This document shows positions 54,941 to 63,810 of a DNA stretch of 64,000 nt, one piece after another. Source of the stretch: Pirellulales bacterium (GTDB lineage Bacteria > Planctomycetota > Planctomycetia > Pirellulales > JBBDJB01); contig JBBDJB010000025.1 of NCBI GenBank assembly GCA_040880125.1, positions 34,268 through 98,267 of the forward strand, given 5' to 3'. Position 1 is the first letter of the stretch; each line of letters begins with the position of its first letter. The notes under the pieces were generated by a model. The model was not told the origin of the DNA. It saw only the letters and a list, made by a program, of their open reading frames with translations, and made no database searches. The position numbers and the translations under genes were made by a program.

Positions 54941-56563
54941 ATGCAGGTCGCTCGCTGGAGTTGCGTCGCGGTATTGCTTTGGGCCGCCAGCATCGGGCGG
55001 AGCGTGGCCGGCGATCTGTTGCCGCCGGAGACGCCGATTCCCGAGGCGATCGACCACTACATCGGGGCCCAGCTCGCCGACGAGGAAATCACGCCCGCCC
55101 CTCCGGCCGACGAGGCCACGCTGGTCCGCCGGCTCACGCTCGATCTGGTTGGCCGCATCCCCACTGTGGCGGAAGTGGCCGCCTACCTGCAGTCGAGCGA
55201 CCCTCACAAGAAGGAACTGTTGATCGACCGGCTGATGCACTCGCCCGGCTATGTCCGCTACCAGGCCGTAGCGACCGACGCGATGCTGATGGGCGAGCAG
55301 CGCGGCCGATTGCGGGAATACTTGCAGGCGGCCATCGCGGAGAACCGCCGCTGGGATCAAGTCTTTCGTGAGTTGATCGACGCGGACGAGTCCGAGCCGC
55401 AGCGCAAAGGCGCGGCCGAATATCTCAAGGCGCACTTGAATGAGCCCGACGTCTTGACGAACGAAGTGAGCGTCGACTTCTTCGGCGTGAACATCAGTTG
55501 TGCGCAGTGCCACGACCACCCGCTGGTCGACGACTGGCGGCAGGATCACTTCTTCGGCATGAAGTCGTTTTTCAATCGCACCTTCCAGAGCGAAGGCTTC
55601 GTGGCCGAAAGCGCCTTCGGCGAGGTGAAATTCCAAACCACCGCGGGCGAGACGCGCGAGGCCAGCCCGGTGTTTTTAACCGGCACGACCATCGACGAGC
55701 CGGCCTGGGAAAACCTTGAGGAAAAGCAAAAGGCCGAAAAGGAGCTGTTCGAGAAGTTCAAGCAGGAAAAGAAGCCGCCGCCGCCGCCGGAGTTCAGCCG
55801 CCGCGATCAATTGGCTGACATTGCATTGCGGCCCGGCGAACAGGACTTCTTCGCCCGCTCGATTGTCAACCGCATGTGGCACCGCTTCTACGGCTATGGC
55901 CTGGTGATGCCCCTGGACCAGATGCACTCGGCCAATCCGCCCACGCACCCGGACCTGTTGGATTGGCTCACCCGGGATTTGATCGAGCACGGTTACGACC
56001 TGCAGCGGCTCGTGCGCGGCCTGATGCAAAGCGACACGTATGCCCGCAGCAGCCAGTGGGAAGGCGAAGGCAAGCGGCCCTGGCCGGATCTGTTCGCCGT
56101 GGCCCAGGTCAAGCCGCTCGCGCCGGAACAGTACGCTACGTCGCTTTACCTGGCCGCCTGTGATCCCGAACAGGTCGCCGGCGACGTGCCAACCGAGGAA
56201 CTGGAGAAGCGATTCGAGCAGATCGAGAATCGCGGCCGCGGATTGGTGGATCAGTTTCCGCCGCCGGGCGACCAGTTCCAGGTGAGCGTCACCGAAGGTC
56301 TGCTCTTGAGCAACAATGAAAAGGTCTCCAGCGAGCTGCTTGCCGAGCGCGACGAAACGCTGGTGGGCCGGCTGATGCAGATCGACGATCGCCGGCAACG
56401 TGTGGAAGCCGCCGTATGGAACACGCTCTGCCGCGGGCCGGCCGAGGAAGAAGCCGCCGTGCTGGTGGAATACCTGGCCGCCCGCGAAGACCGCCCGCTG
56501 GAGGCCTGCCGGCAAATGGTCTGGGCGCTGTTGACCAGCAGCGAAATGCGATTCAACCACTGA
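54941..56563 (+). CDS. DUF1549 + DUF1553 domain protein (planctomycete PSD-type)
   Basis: AAGGAG RBS and signal peptide MQVARWSCVAVLLWAASIGRSVAG. Carries IDHYIGAQLADEEITPAPPADEATLVRRLTLDLVGRIPT (DUF1549) and CAQCHDHPL, with a DUF1553-like C-terminus. Confidence 0.85.
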   Translation: MQVARWSCVAVLLWAASIGRSVAGDLLPPETPIPEAIDHYIGAQLADEEITPAPPADEATLVRRLTLDLVGRIPTVAEVAAYLQSSDPHKKELLIDRLMHSPGYVRYQAVATDAMLMGEQRGRLREYLQAAIAENRRWDQVFRELIDADESEPQRKGAAEYLKAHLNEPDVLTNEVSVDFFGVNISCAQCHDHPLVDDWRQDHFFGMKSFFNRTFQSEGFVAESAFGEVKFQTTAGETREASPVFLTGTTIDEPAWENLEEKQKAEKELFEKFKQEKKPPPPPEFSRRDQLADIALRPGEQDFFARSIVNRMWHRFYGYGLVMPLDQMHSANPPTHPDLLDWLTRDLIEHGYDLQRLVRGLMQSDTYARSSQWEGEGKRPWPDLFAVAQVKPLAPEQYATSLYLAACDPEQVAGDVPTEELEKRFEQIENRGRGLVDQFPPPGDQFQVSVTEGLLLSNNEKVSSELLAERDETLVGRLMQIDDRRQRVEAAVWNTLCRGPAEEEAAVLVEYLAAREDRPLEACRQMVWALLTSSEMRFNH

Positions 56564-56639
56564 GAGACGGATGGTGCTTTACGGTCTGAAAACGCGCATT
56601 TTTTTTGTGAAGTGCTTGTTTTTTAAGTGCTGTCTGCAT

Positions 56640-56678
56640 ATTATTACGGGTGGCTCGTTGGGAAGATCCCGTAATAAT
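56640..56678. repeat. perfect 11-bp inverted repeat ATTATTACGGG-N17-CCCGTAATAAT
   Basis: Read directly from the sequence. It sits in the AT-rich spacer and overlaps a TTGTTT-N17-TATTAT promoter-like arrangement (56616-56644). Confidence 0.85.
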
Positions 56679-56864
56679 CGGCGTAACGGCTGCCCGGCAA
56701 ACGGAGATGTCTGCAGAAAATTATGGTAGTGGAAATACACTAAACCACCCGGCTTTCGCGCCTGGCCTCCGGCACGGTTCGAATAGCACCAGTTCAATCA
56801 AACGGAAGGGAGTTTTTCAACACTTCTTAAAAATGGGTGTTGCAGAAACCTGACGAAAAACATC

Positions 56865-56885
56865 CCCGCGCCGCAGCGGCGCGGG
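56865..56885 (+). terminator. GC-rich perfect hairpin CCCGCGCCGC-a-GCGGCGCGGG followed 13 nt later by TTTTT
   Basis: A 10-bp stem is seen directly. The T-run is not adjacent to the stem, so terminator function is uncertain. Confidence 0.3.
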
Positions 56886-57051
56886 CTTCGGGATGCTGCT
56901 TTTTCAACGAAACATGGGGCCCCCCTTAAAGGCGCGTTGCAAAAAGCCGCGGGAGTCCGAGCGCGTACGGCGACCGCGGTGCAGGTCTGGATTCCTCATG
57001 AATTCGGCGACAATTACGCGGGGACGGCGGACGTGGGGGTAAAAGAAGACC

Positions 57052-57076
57052 GCACAGACAGGAATGTCTGTGCCAC
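57052..57076 (-). repeat. hairpin repeat family A copy (gcacagacaggaatgtctgtgccac)
   Basis: Perfect copy in inverse orientation, ~75 nt upstream of the DUF1501 start. Confidence 0.9.
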
Positions 57077-57152
57077 GTTCAAATCATGATGACACAGGCA
57101 GAAACGTCTGTACGGCGCTGCGATGGCAACCTCGGGATGTGGAGACCTCGAC

Positions 57153-58463
57153 ATGGCTGGAAAGAATAACGACGCTTCGGCTCGCACTGGCTCGGCCGTG
57201 TCGCGGCGTGGGTTCATGCAAACCGCGGCCGCCGCGGCGACCGCCATGGCCGCCGACATGACGCTGCTGGACGCGCTCAAGTCGCCCGCGCTGGCCGACA
57301 CGCTCAAGTCGCAGGGCAGGAGCGTCATCCTGCTTTGGCTCGCTGGCGGCGCCAGTCAACTCGAAACGTGGGATCCCAAACCCGGACGCGCCACCGGCGG
57401 CCCGTTCGCTTCGATTCCCACCGACGTGCCGGGCGTGCAGATCTCCGAGCTGATGCCCAAGCTTGCCCAGCGGATGAAGCACACCTGCCTGATCCGCTCA
57501 CTGAACACGGGCAACGCCGACCACGGCGGCGCGGCCACGCTCTTGCACCTGGGCCGCAGCGACCGCTCCGGCGTGCAATACCCGGACCTGGGCGCCATGC
57601 TCGCCCGTGAGCTGCGCCGCGCCCACAGCGACGTGCCGGACTACGTCTCCTTTTACACCTCGACCGAGGGCCGCGGAAACGCCGTCGGTCAGGCCGGCTT
57701 CTACGGCTCGCGCTACTCGCCCATGTTTCTCACTACCAACTCGATGCCCGAGAACATCCAGAAGCTCGAGGGCATCACCGAGGTGGATCATCTCCAGCGG
57801 GCTGAGCTGCGCAACCTGCTCAGCGAGCGCTTCGCCCGCGGACGCCAGACCGACGCGGTCGGCAGCCACAACGAGGCCTACGCCCGGGTGCGCGGCGTGA
57901 TGGCCAGCGAGAAGCTGTTCGACGTGCGGCAGGAACCGGAGCACGTTCGCCAGCGCTACGGCCCCACGCAGTTCGGCGAGCAAGTGCTGGTGGCCCGGCG
58001 GTTGGTCGAAGCCGGCGTGCCGTTCGTCAAAGTCGGCCGTGCGTGGTGGGACAGTCACGGACAGAATTTCGAGACGCACCTGGAGTTGGTCAGCGAACTG
58101 GATCACGTCATGAGCACGCTGTTGGACGACCTGGCCGAGCGCGGCATGCTGGAGTCGACGCTGGTGATCACGCTGGGCGAGTTCGGCCGTACGCCGCACA
58201 TCAACGCCAGCCTGGGCCGCGATCACTTCGCCCGGGCGTGGAGCGCCTCGCTCTCCGGCTGCGGCATCCAAGGCGGCGCCGTCTATGGCAAGACCGACAA
58301 AGACGGCAATGAAGTCGTCGAGGGCGAGGTCGGCGCGGCGGAGCTGTTCGCCACGATCTTCCGGGCCGTCGGCATTGATCACGAGAAGGAATATTTCCTC
58401 GGAGCCCGGCCTATTCCGCTGACCGAGCCGTACACCGAACCGATCCGCGCCGTGCTGGCGTGA
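57153..58463 (+). CDS. DUF1501 domain protein (sulfatase-fold), Tat signal
   Basis: SRRGFMQTAAAAATAMAA is a twin-arginine signal. VILLWLAGGASQLETWDPKP and GEFGRTP are DUF1501 hallmarks. Confidence 0.9.
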   Translation: MAGKNNDASARTGSAVSRRGFMQTAAAAATAMAADMTLLDALKSPALADTLKSQGRSVILLWLAGGASQLETWDPKPGRATGGPFASIPTDVPGVQISELMPKLAQRMKHTCLIRSLNTGNADHGGAATLLHLGRSDRSGVQYPDLGAMLARELRRAHSDVPDYVSFYTSTEGRGNAVGQAGFYGSRYSPMFLTTNSMPENIQKLEGITEVDHLQRAELRNLLSERFARGRQTDAVGSHNEAYARVRGVMASEKLFDVRQEPEHVRQRYGPTQFGEQVLVARRLVEAGVPFVKVGRAWWDSHGQNFETHLELVSELDHVMSTLLDDLAERGMLESTLVITLGEFGRTPHINASLGRDHFARAWSASLSGCGIQGGAVYGKTDKDGNEVVEGEVGAAELFATIFRAVGIDHEKEYFLGARPIPLTEPYTEPIRAVLA

Positions 58464-58517
58464 GAAACGCACGTGCGCAAGTTCTTGCAACTCAATTGTA
58501 AAGGCTGCGAAAGAGTC

Positions 58518-58542
58518 GTGGCACAGACATTCCTGTCTGTGC
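58518..58542 (+). repeat. hairpin repeat family A copy (gtggcacagacattcctgtctgtgc)
   Basis: Perfect copy 55 nt after the DUF1501 stop. Confidence 0.9.
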
Positions 58543-58551
58543 GACCCAAAA

Positions 58552-58580
58552 CACGGCTGGACAAGCCAGCCGTGGCACCC
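58552..58580 (+). repeat. hairpin repeat family B copy, perfect (CACGGCTGGacaagCCAGCCGTGgcaccc)
   Basis: 9-bp stem with a 5-nt loop. Lies 9 nt after the family A copy. Confidence 0.9.
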
Positions 58581-58674
58581 CAGGCGCGTCGTGCCTGTTC
58601 CCTTTTTGACGTACCGCGGGTAACGAATCCCACACCGAGTTTTGAACGAGTCAACGCGCGAAAGGAACAACGGG

Positions 58675-59673
58675 ATGGCCGACGCCCCCACGCTTCGCTC
58701 CACCAAGGAAATTAAGCGGCCGCAGATTTTCTTCTGCGTGGCTCGCCAGCCGGACGGGCAAAAGGTCTTCTGCGGCGCGTCCGACGGCAAGATCTACGCG
58801 TTTGACTTGGCGGAGGAAAAGCCGGAGCCGGCCGAACTGGTCGGCCACACCAGCTACGTAACCGGCGTGACGACCGCCGGCGACGTGCTGGTCTCCTGCA
58901 GCTACGACGGCCGGTTGATCTGGTGGGACGTCGCCACCGGGTCCATCCTGCGGACCGTCGATGCGCACCCAAAGTGGATCCGCCGCGTGGAGGCCTCGCC
59001 CGATGGAGCGACCGTCGCCAGTGTGGCCGACGACATGATCTGCCGCGTCTGGGACGTGCGCGACGGCCGCCTGCTGCACGAGCTGCGCGGCCATGATCCG
59101 CAGACGCCAAATCATTACCCTTCAATGCTATTCGCCTGCGCGTACTCGCCCGACGGCCGCCTGCTCGCCACGGCGGATAAGGTCGGTCGCACCCTCGTCT
59201 GGGATCTGGCCAGCGGGCAGCAGTGCGCGGCACTCGATGCGCCGCAGATGTACACGTGGGATCCGAAGCAGCGGCGTCACTCGATCGGCGGCATCCGTTC
59301 GCTCGCGTTCTCGCCCGACGGACGTCTGCTGGCCGTCGGCGGCATCGGGCAGATCGGCAACATCGATCATCTCGGCGGCCTTGCCCGCGTTGAAGTCTTC
59401 GACTGGCGCGCCGGCGAACGTACCAACGAGTTGGTCGCGGAAAAGCAAAACGGTCTGGTCGAGCGGCTCATTTTCCATCCGCAGGGCGACTGGCTGCTGG
59501 CCGCCGGCGGCGACAACGGCGGTTTTATTCACCTGTTGGATCTGAAGCAGAACAAGACAATCTCCGAGGCGCAAGCGCCGGCCCATCTTCACGACGCCAT
59601 CCTGGGCGACACGCCTGAGGTGCTCTTCACGTCCGGCCACGAGCACGTGATGCAATGGCAACTGGAAACATGA
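58675..59673 (+). CDS. WD40-repeat beta-propeller protein
   Basis: Repeated GH..-..WD units: LVGHTSYVTGV...GRLIWWD, AHPKWIRRV...CRVWD, LRGHDPQT...LVWD. ATG at 58675. Confidence 0.8.
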   Translation: MADAPTLRSTKEIKRPQIFFCVARQPDGQKVFCGASDGKIYAFDLAEEKPEPAELVGHTSYVTGVTTAGDVLVSCSYDGRLIWWDVATGSILRTVDAHPKWIRRVEASPDGATVASVADDMICRVWDVRDGRLLHELRGHDPQTPNHYPSMLFACAYSPDGRLLATADKVGRTLVWDLASGQQCAALDAPQMYTWDPKQRRHSIGGIRSLAFSPDGRLLAVGGIGQIGNIDHLGGLARVEVFDWRAGERTNELVAEKQNGLVERLIFHPQGDWLLAAGGDNGGFIHLLDLKQNKTISEAQAPAHLHDAILGDTPEVLFTSGHEHVMQWQLET

Positions 59674-59716
59674 GCCGCGGATATAACGGCGCGATCATCG
59701 CCGGGGCAGTTAAAAA

Positions 59717-60847
59717 GTGAGTGAGCGTCGCAGCAACAAGGGCCCGTGGACGCATCGGGCACTGGTGTGGATCTTCACGGTCCTGCTGGGCATTCTTTTC
59801 TATTGGCTGGTCGGTTTTGTCCTGAACGACATCAGCGATCTGCCCGGCCCCGACTACACCGCGCTGGAGCGCGAGCTGATCGACGACGAGGTGCTGGCCC
59901 GGAGCGAGGCGCTGGCGGAGCAGATCGCCGAGACCCAGCGCGACGTTGAAGACCAGCGGCAGCGTCAAGCGGTGCTGCGCGACAGCACGCAGAACTCGCA
60001 GCGCACGATGAACCAGTTGCTGGAGTTTCAGCGGCTGAGCCTGGAGAAAGACGTCTCGCCCTCCGAGGAAGAGCAGCAGGCGTTGGCCGAAAGCCAGCAG
60101 CTCTTTCTGCAAAACCAAGAGCAGTATCAACAGATCAACCAGCAGATCGCCCAGCTCGAACAGCAGTTGCGCGACCTTCAGGAGGAACAGCGGCAGGTCG
60201 AATCGCAACTTCAAACCGCTCGGCAAGAAGTCGTCTATCCTCGCCACGCAGTCCTGCAACAGCGGCACGACTGGAAGCAGGCGGCGCTGAAGCTGGCCGT
60301 GCTGTTGCCGCTGTTGGCGGTGGTCATCGTGCTGTTCTGGCGCGGCCGCGGTGGAACTTACGCGCCGATCGTCTACGCCCTGGGGGCGGCGCTGCTCGTG
60401 CGGGTGTTCCTCGTCATGCACGAGCACTTTCCGCGGTTCTACTTCAAGTACATCCTCATCGTCTCGGTGCTCGTCGTGGTGGCCTGGGTGCTGTGGCGGC
60501 TGCTGCGAATGATGGCCCATCCGCAAAGAGACTGGCTACTGGGCCAGTACCGCGAATCGTACGAGCGCTTCTTTTGCCCGGTGTGTGCGTACCCGATTCG
60601 GCGCGGCCCGCTCAAGTACGTCTTTTGGAACCGGCGAAGTATCAAAAAGCTGCACTTCCCGCCGCCGGGGCAGGCGACGGCCGACGAGCCGTACACGTGC
60701 CCGCTGTGCAGCACGCAATTGTTCGAGAAGTGCGAGTCGTGCGGCCAGATCCGTCACTCGCTGCTGCCCGCCTGCGCACACTGCGGCAACGAGCGGCCGG
60801 TCGAGACGATCATGGCTGCCGGGCAGCCGGCCGTCGAAGCCAAATGA
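59717..60847 (+). CDS. membrane protein with Gln-rich coiled coil and C-terminal double zinc-ribbon
   Basis: GTG start. TM segment ALVWIFTVLLGILFYWLVGFVL. Coiled coil QQALAESQQLFLQNQEQYQQINQQIAQLEQQLRDLQEEQRQ. Further TMs follow, then CPVC...CPLC...CESC...CAHC. Confidence 0.6.
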   Translation: MSERRSNKGPWTHRALVWIFTVLLGILFYWLVGFVLNDISDLPGPDYTALERELIDDEVLARSEALAEQIAETQRDVEDQRQRQAVLRDSTQNSQRTMNQLLEFQRLSLEKDVSPSEEEQQALAESQQLFLQNQEQYQQINQQIAQLEQQLRDLQEEQRQVESQLQTARQEVVYPRHAVLQQRHDWKQAALKLAVLLPLLAVVIVLFWRGRGGTYAPIVYALGAALLVRVFLVMHEHFPRFYFKYILIVSVLVVVAWVLWRLLRMMAHPQRDWLLGQYRESYERFFCPVCAYPIRRGPLKYVFWNRRSIKKLHFPPPGQATADEPYTCPLCSTQLFEKCESCGQIRHSLLPACAHCGNERPVETIMAAGQPAVEAK

Positions 60848-60928
60848 TCCGCTTGGCAGCCTGTTGATTTATCTCAACAGGCTGCTGCCACGTTTTCAAC
60901 TACCTGATAGGGAGGAGGCCTTTGAAAA

Positions 60929-61960
60929 CTATCTACCGAAGCGGCGGCCGATGCCGAGCAGCGCCGCGCCGAGGATCGCTAACAACCAAGTCGCCGGCTC
61001 CGGTACGCTGGCCACACTGAAGTTGTCGAACCCGAAGTCGTCGTGGTCCCCCGCGGTATTGTTGGGCGCGAGCCAGCCCACGCCGCCGAAGGCGCTGCCG
61101 GCGAAGTTGGTGAAGTCCGGCGCGCCGGGATCCATGCCCAACGAGGTGAGCGTCGGCATCTGGCCGATCGCGCCGGTGGCGAAGCCGATCAGCCATTCGC
61201 CGTCGGGCTCGAGCCTCGCGCGGAGGTTCCAACCCTCGTTCAGATCGTCATCGGCGATGCCCAGCAGCGGAATCGAGCCGACAACGCGCCAGCGGTCGTC
61301 GGTGTCGTCAACGCGCCACAGCGTGAGCGAATCGTCCAGGGCCGCGCCCTCGTGGCTGGAAGGAGGCACGTTGCCAGTGGCGTCAAACAAGGGATCGCCC
61401 AGCGACAACTTAAAACCGTTCATCATGTCGTCCGGCTCTTCGATAATCGTAGGATCGGAAGAATCCGAAAGGAGGATGAAGTCGGCCCGCCGCGAGGTAT
61501 TGATGTCGACGCTGTTACCGCTGAAGAAGACGTTCCATTCGATGGGCATCGAAAAATCCAACTCCGCGGCAATGTCCGTCACGACCGTCTCCACGACGGA
61601 GGTGCCGTCTTCCACACTTCGGTGGTTCGCCGAACGCAGCGAGCGCTCGCCAGCGAAATCCTGCGCTGGCGAAGTCGGCCACGATTCGGTGGTGATCGCC
61701 CAGGCTTCGACGTCGCCGGTCCAGGTGAGGTCTCCGCTTCCGGTAAACGGATCGGTGGCCGCTTGGCTCTCCCAGCTTTCGAGGATGACGCCGTGGGCCG
61801 GTGATGCGCACAACGTCAGCGCGGTGAACATCGCGGGAAGCAGTACAAGAGAGAAGCGAGCCGCACGCGCGAGCAGTCGCCGCGTGCGAGAACGAGAGAG
61901 GAAGGTTAAGGAGATAATGCGGCCCGTGAGATTGGTTAGGGCGCCAAGGTTTCCGTTCAT
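60929..61960 (-). CDS. PEP-CTERM sorting-signal protein
   Basis: The C-terminus VPEPATWLLAILGAALLGIGRRFGR is the sorting signal, and the N-terminus looks signal-like. The 576-aa antisense ORF (60585..62315) is treated as a shadow. Confidence 0.8.
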   Translation of the reverse strand: MNGNLGALTNLTGRIISLTFLSRSRTRRLLARAARFSLVLLPAMFTALTLCASPAHGVILESWESQAATDPFTGSGDLTWTGDVEAWAITTESWPTSPAQDFAGERSLRSANHRSVEDGTSVVETVVTDIAAELDFSMPIEWNVFFSGNSVDINTSRRADFILLSDSSDPTIIEEPDDMMNGFKLSLGDPLFDATGNVPPSSHEGAALDDSLTLWRVDDTDDRWRVVGSIPLLGIADDDLNEGWNLRARLEPDGEWLIGFATGAIGQMPTLTSLGMDPGAPDFTNFAGSAFGGVGWLAPNNTAGDHDDFGFDNFSVASVPEPATWLLAILGAALLGIGRRFGR

Positions 61961-62386
61961 TAGCCTGCCTCCAAGTTCAGGGAAGCGCCGATGCGCTGGG
62001 AAGTCGTTAGAACGCCGCCCACGACACCGTCGGAGCGGTCTGAAGAATACAGGGTCCGGGCGCGGAGCGTCAAACAGATTCGGGAATAACCGAGCCGGTT
62101 CGCGCGGGTTTCACCCACTGGCATTTCGCGTGCCCGTTCAGAAGGCTGTTTGCGGTTCTCTCCCGGTATGGGCGGACCGAGCCGCCGAAACGGAGAAAAT
62201 CGTTCGGGGGCAAGCGTCCTGGCCGGTACTGGCCGGCGCTTGTAACAGCGTATCGGGCGTCGCGACGGCTGGTTTCTCGGCCGGCTGCCCCCGGAAAATA
62301 TCGAGCTATATTTGAGAGCTACCGACTTGGTCCTGCCGCTGGCAGAGGCACCGCTGCGCGCTCCCCTGACGCACCAGTAGAAATTT

Positions 62387-63292
62387 ATGGTTGCCCCGAC
62401 TATATCCTCGCCGTCGCCGCAGCCGGGCGCGAAGAGCCCCCAGGCACAAGCCGCCCTGGTGAAGCTGTTCACCCGTATCAGCGAGATCTCCACGCTGCCG
62501 ACCGTCGCACAACAGATCATTACAATCGCCGGCGACGAGAGAAGCGGCGCATCCGATCTGTTGTGCGCGATCGAAAACGACCCGGCAATGGCCGCCCGCG
62601 TGCTGCGCCGCGTGAATTCGTCGTACTACGCACTGCGGAACAACGTAGCCGATCTGCAGATGGCGATCAGCTTGCTCGGCTTCCGCGAAGTGCGAAACCT
62701 GGCGCTGACCGTCTACGTTGCCCGCATCTTCCGCGATTGCGGCGACATCGGGTACTACAACCGCGAAGCCTTGTGGGATCACCTGGTGGCGGTCGGCGCG
62801 GGCGCGCGGCTGATCTGCCAAGTGTGCCGCCGCGGCCTGCCCGACGAAGCGTACACCGCCGGGCTGCTGCACGACATCGGTCTGATTCTCATGGATCAGT
62901 ACCTGCGCAATCATTTTTGCAAAGTCATTCAGCAGCTTTCGGAAACGGAGACTACACCGCAGGTCGAGCACAAGGTGTTCCCATTCGACCACGCGGAGTT
63001 GGGGGCGTTCGTCATCGAGCGCTGGAACTTTGCCCAACAGATCGTCGACGCCGCGCGGTTCCATCACACGCCCGAGACGTACAAGGGCGCGCACGGCGAC
63101 ATCGTGCATGCGGTGGCCGTGGCCAACTACCTGGTGAGCAGGGCCGGCTTCCCGGCGCTGGGCGTTCACAATGTTTTGCCGCCCGGCGACTCGGTGTACC
63201 GGGCGCTGGGGCTGCACGAAGCGCAACTCGCCGAGATCTGCCGCCGCCTCGAGCCGGCGCTGGAATCGGCCACTTCGATGGCCGCTCTGTAG
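62387..63292 (+). CDS. HDOD domain protein
   Basis: LPTVAQQIITIAGDERSGASDLLCAIENDPAMAARVLRRVNSSYY, AISLLGFREVRNLAL and GLLHDIGLILMD. Confidence 0.85.
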   Translation: MVAPTISSPSPQPGAKSPQAQAALVKLFTRISEISTLPTVAQQIITIAGDERSGASDLLCAIENDPAMAARVLRRVNSSYYALRNNVADLQMAISLLGFREVRNLALTVYVARIFRDCGDIGYYNREALWDHLVAVGAGARLICQVCRRGLPDEAYTAGLLHDIGLILMDQYLRNHFCKVIQQLSETETTPQVEHKVFPFDHAELGAFVIERWNFAQQIVDAARFHHTPETYKGAHGDIVHAVAVANYLVSRAGFPALGVHNVLPPGDSVYRALGLHEAQLAEICRRLEPALESATSMAAL

Positions 63293-63459
63293 CGCGTCAT
63301 TTTATCGGCGCGCCGCGTCCTCTCCGCCGGGCCTTGTCTCGCGCGCGGCCACGCATTACAACAGGCGTTGCCCACGGTCTGATCGCTCCGCTGCGGTGCG
63401 CGATCGACGGCATTCATGCCGCTTCCGCGAGCGGCATCCTCTTCGCAAGGCTGCACGAC

Positions 63460-63810
63460 ATGGACACCGACCTGCCACGCACCACCAGTCGCCCGCTACA
63501 GTTCGAGCACGGCACGGCCATCGGCATCTCCAACCGCTGGCACAAGGGACAGTACTGCTCCATTTTGACCAAGGCCGGTATCGTGGGCTGCGGAATCTAC
63601 GACCTGGAGACGCCCGCCGAATTCGGTCAGGCGATCGCCATCGCCAAGGGCACTCCGGAAAACCCGCTGGTCGAACCGGAAGACCTTTACGAAGCCACCA
63701 TCGTCGGACTCACGCCGCAGGCTGCGCAGTTGGGCATCGCGATTGGAATGACCGGCCGCGAGGCCGTCGAGCGGATGCTGCAGGCCAACGCGAGCGAGAC
63801 CGCTTCGTGA
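63460..63810 (+). CDS. DUF1805 (YunC-like) protein
   Basis: KGQYCSILTKAGIVGCGIYDLETPAEFGQAIAIAKGTPENPLVEPEDLYEATIVGLTPQAAQLGI. The ATG at 63460 lies inside a longer spurious ORF. Confidence 0.7.
   Translation: MDTDLPRTTSRPLQFEHGTAIGISNRWHKGQYCSILTKAGIVGCGIYDLETPAEFGQAIAIAKGTPENPLVEPEDLYEATIVGLTPQAAQLGIAIGMTGREAVERMLQANASETAS

Noticed and set aside
56776-56784. GGTTCGAAT, a tRNA T-loop-like string in the AT-rich spacer
   Set aside because: The flanking bases (GGCAC / AGCAC) cannot form a T-stem, and no acceptor or anticodon arms can be drawn. I recognised no tRNA or tmRNA.
56579-56853. ORFs of 72 aa (-) and 67 aa (+) in the DUF1553/DUF1501 spacer
   Set aside because: They have no RBS, are mutually antisense and show no recognisable domain. 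The region's hairpins and AT-richness fit non-coding function better.
19689-58580. Possibility that the recurring hairpin repeats form a CRISPR array
   Set aside because: Copies are kilobases apart, occur in both orientations, have no regular spacer lengths and have no cas genes nearby. They behave like REP-type dispersed repeats.
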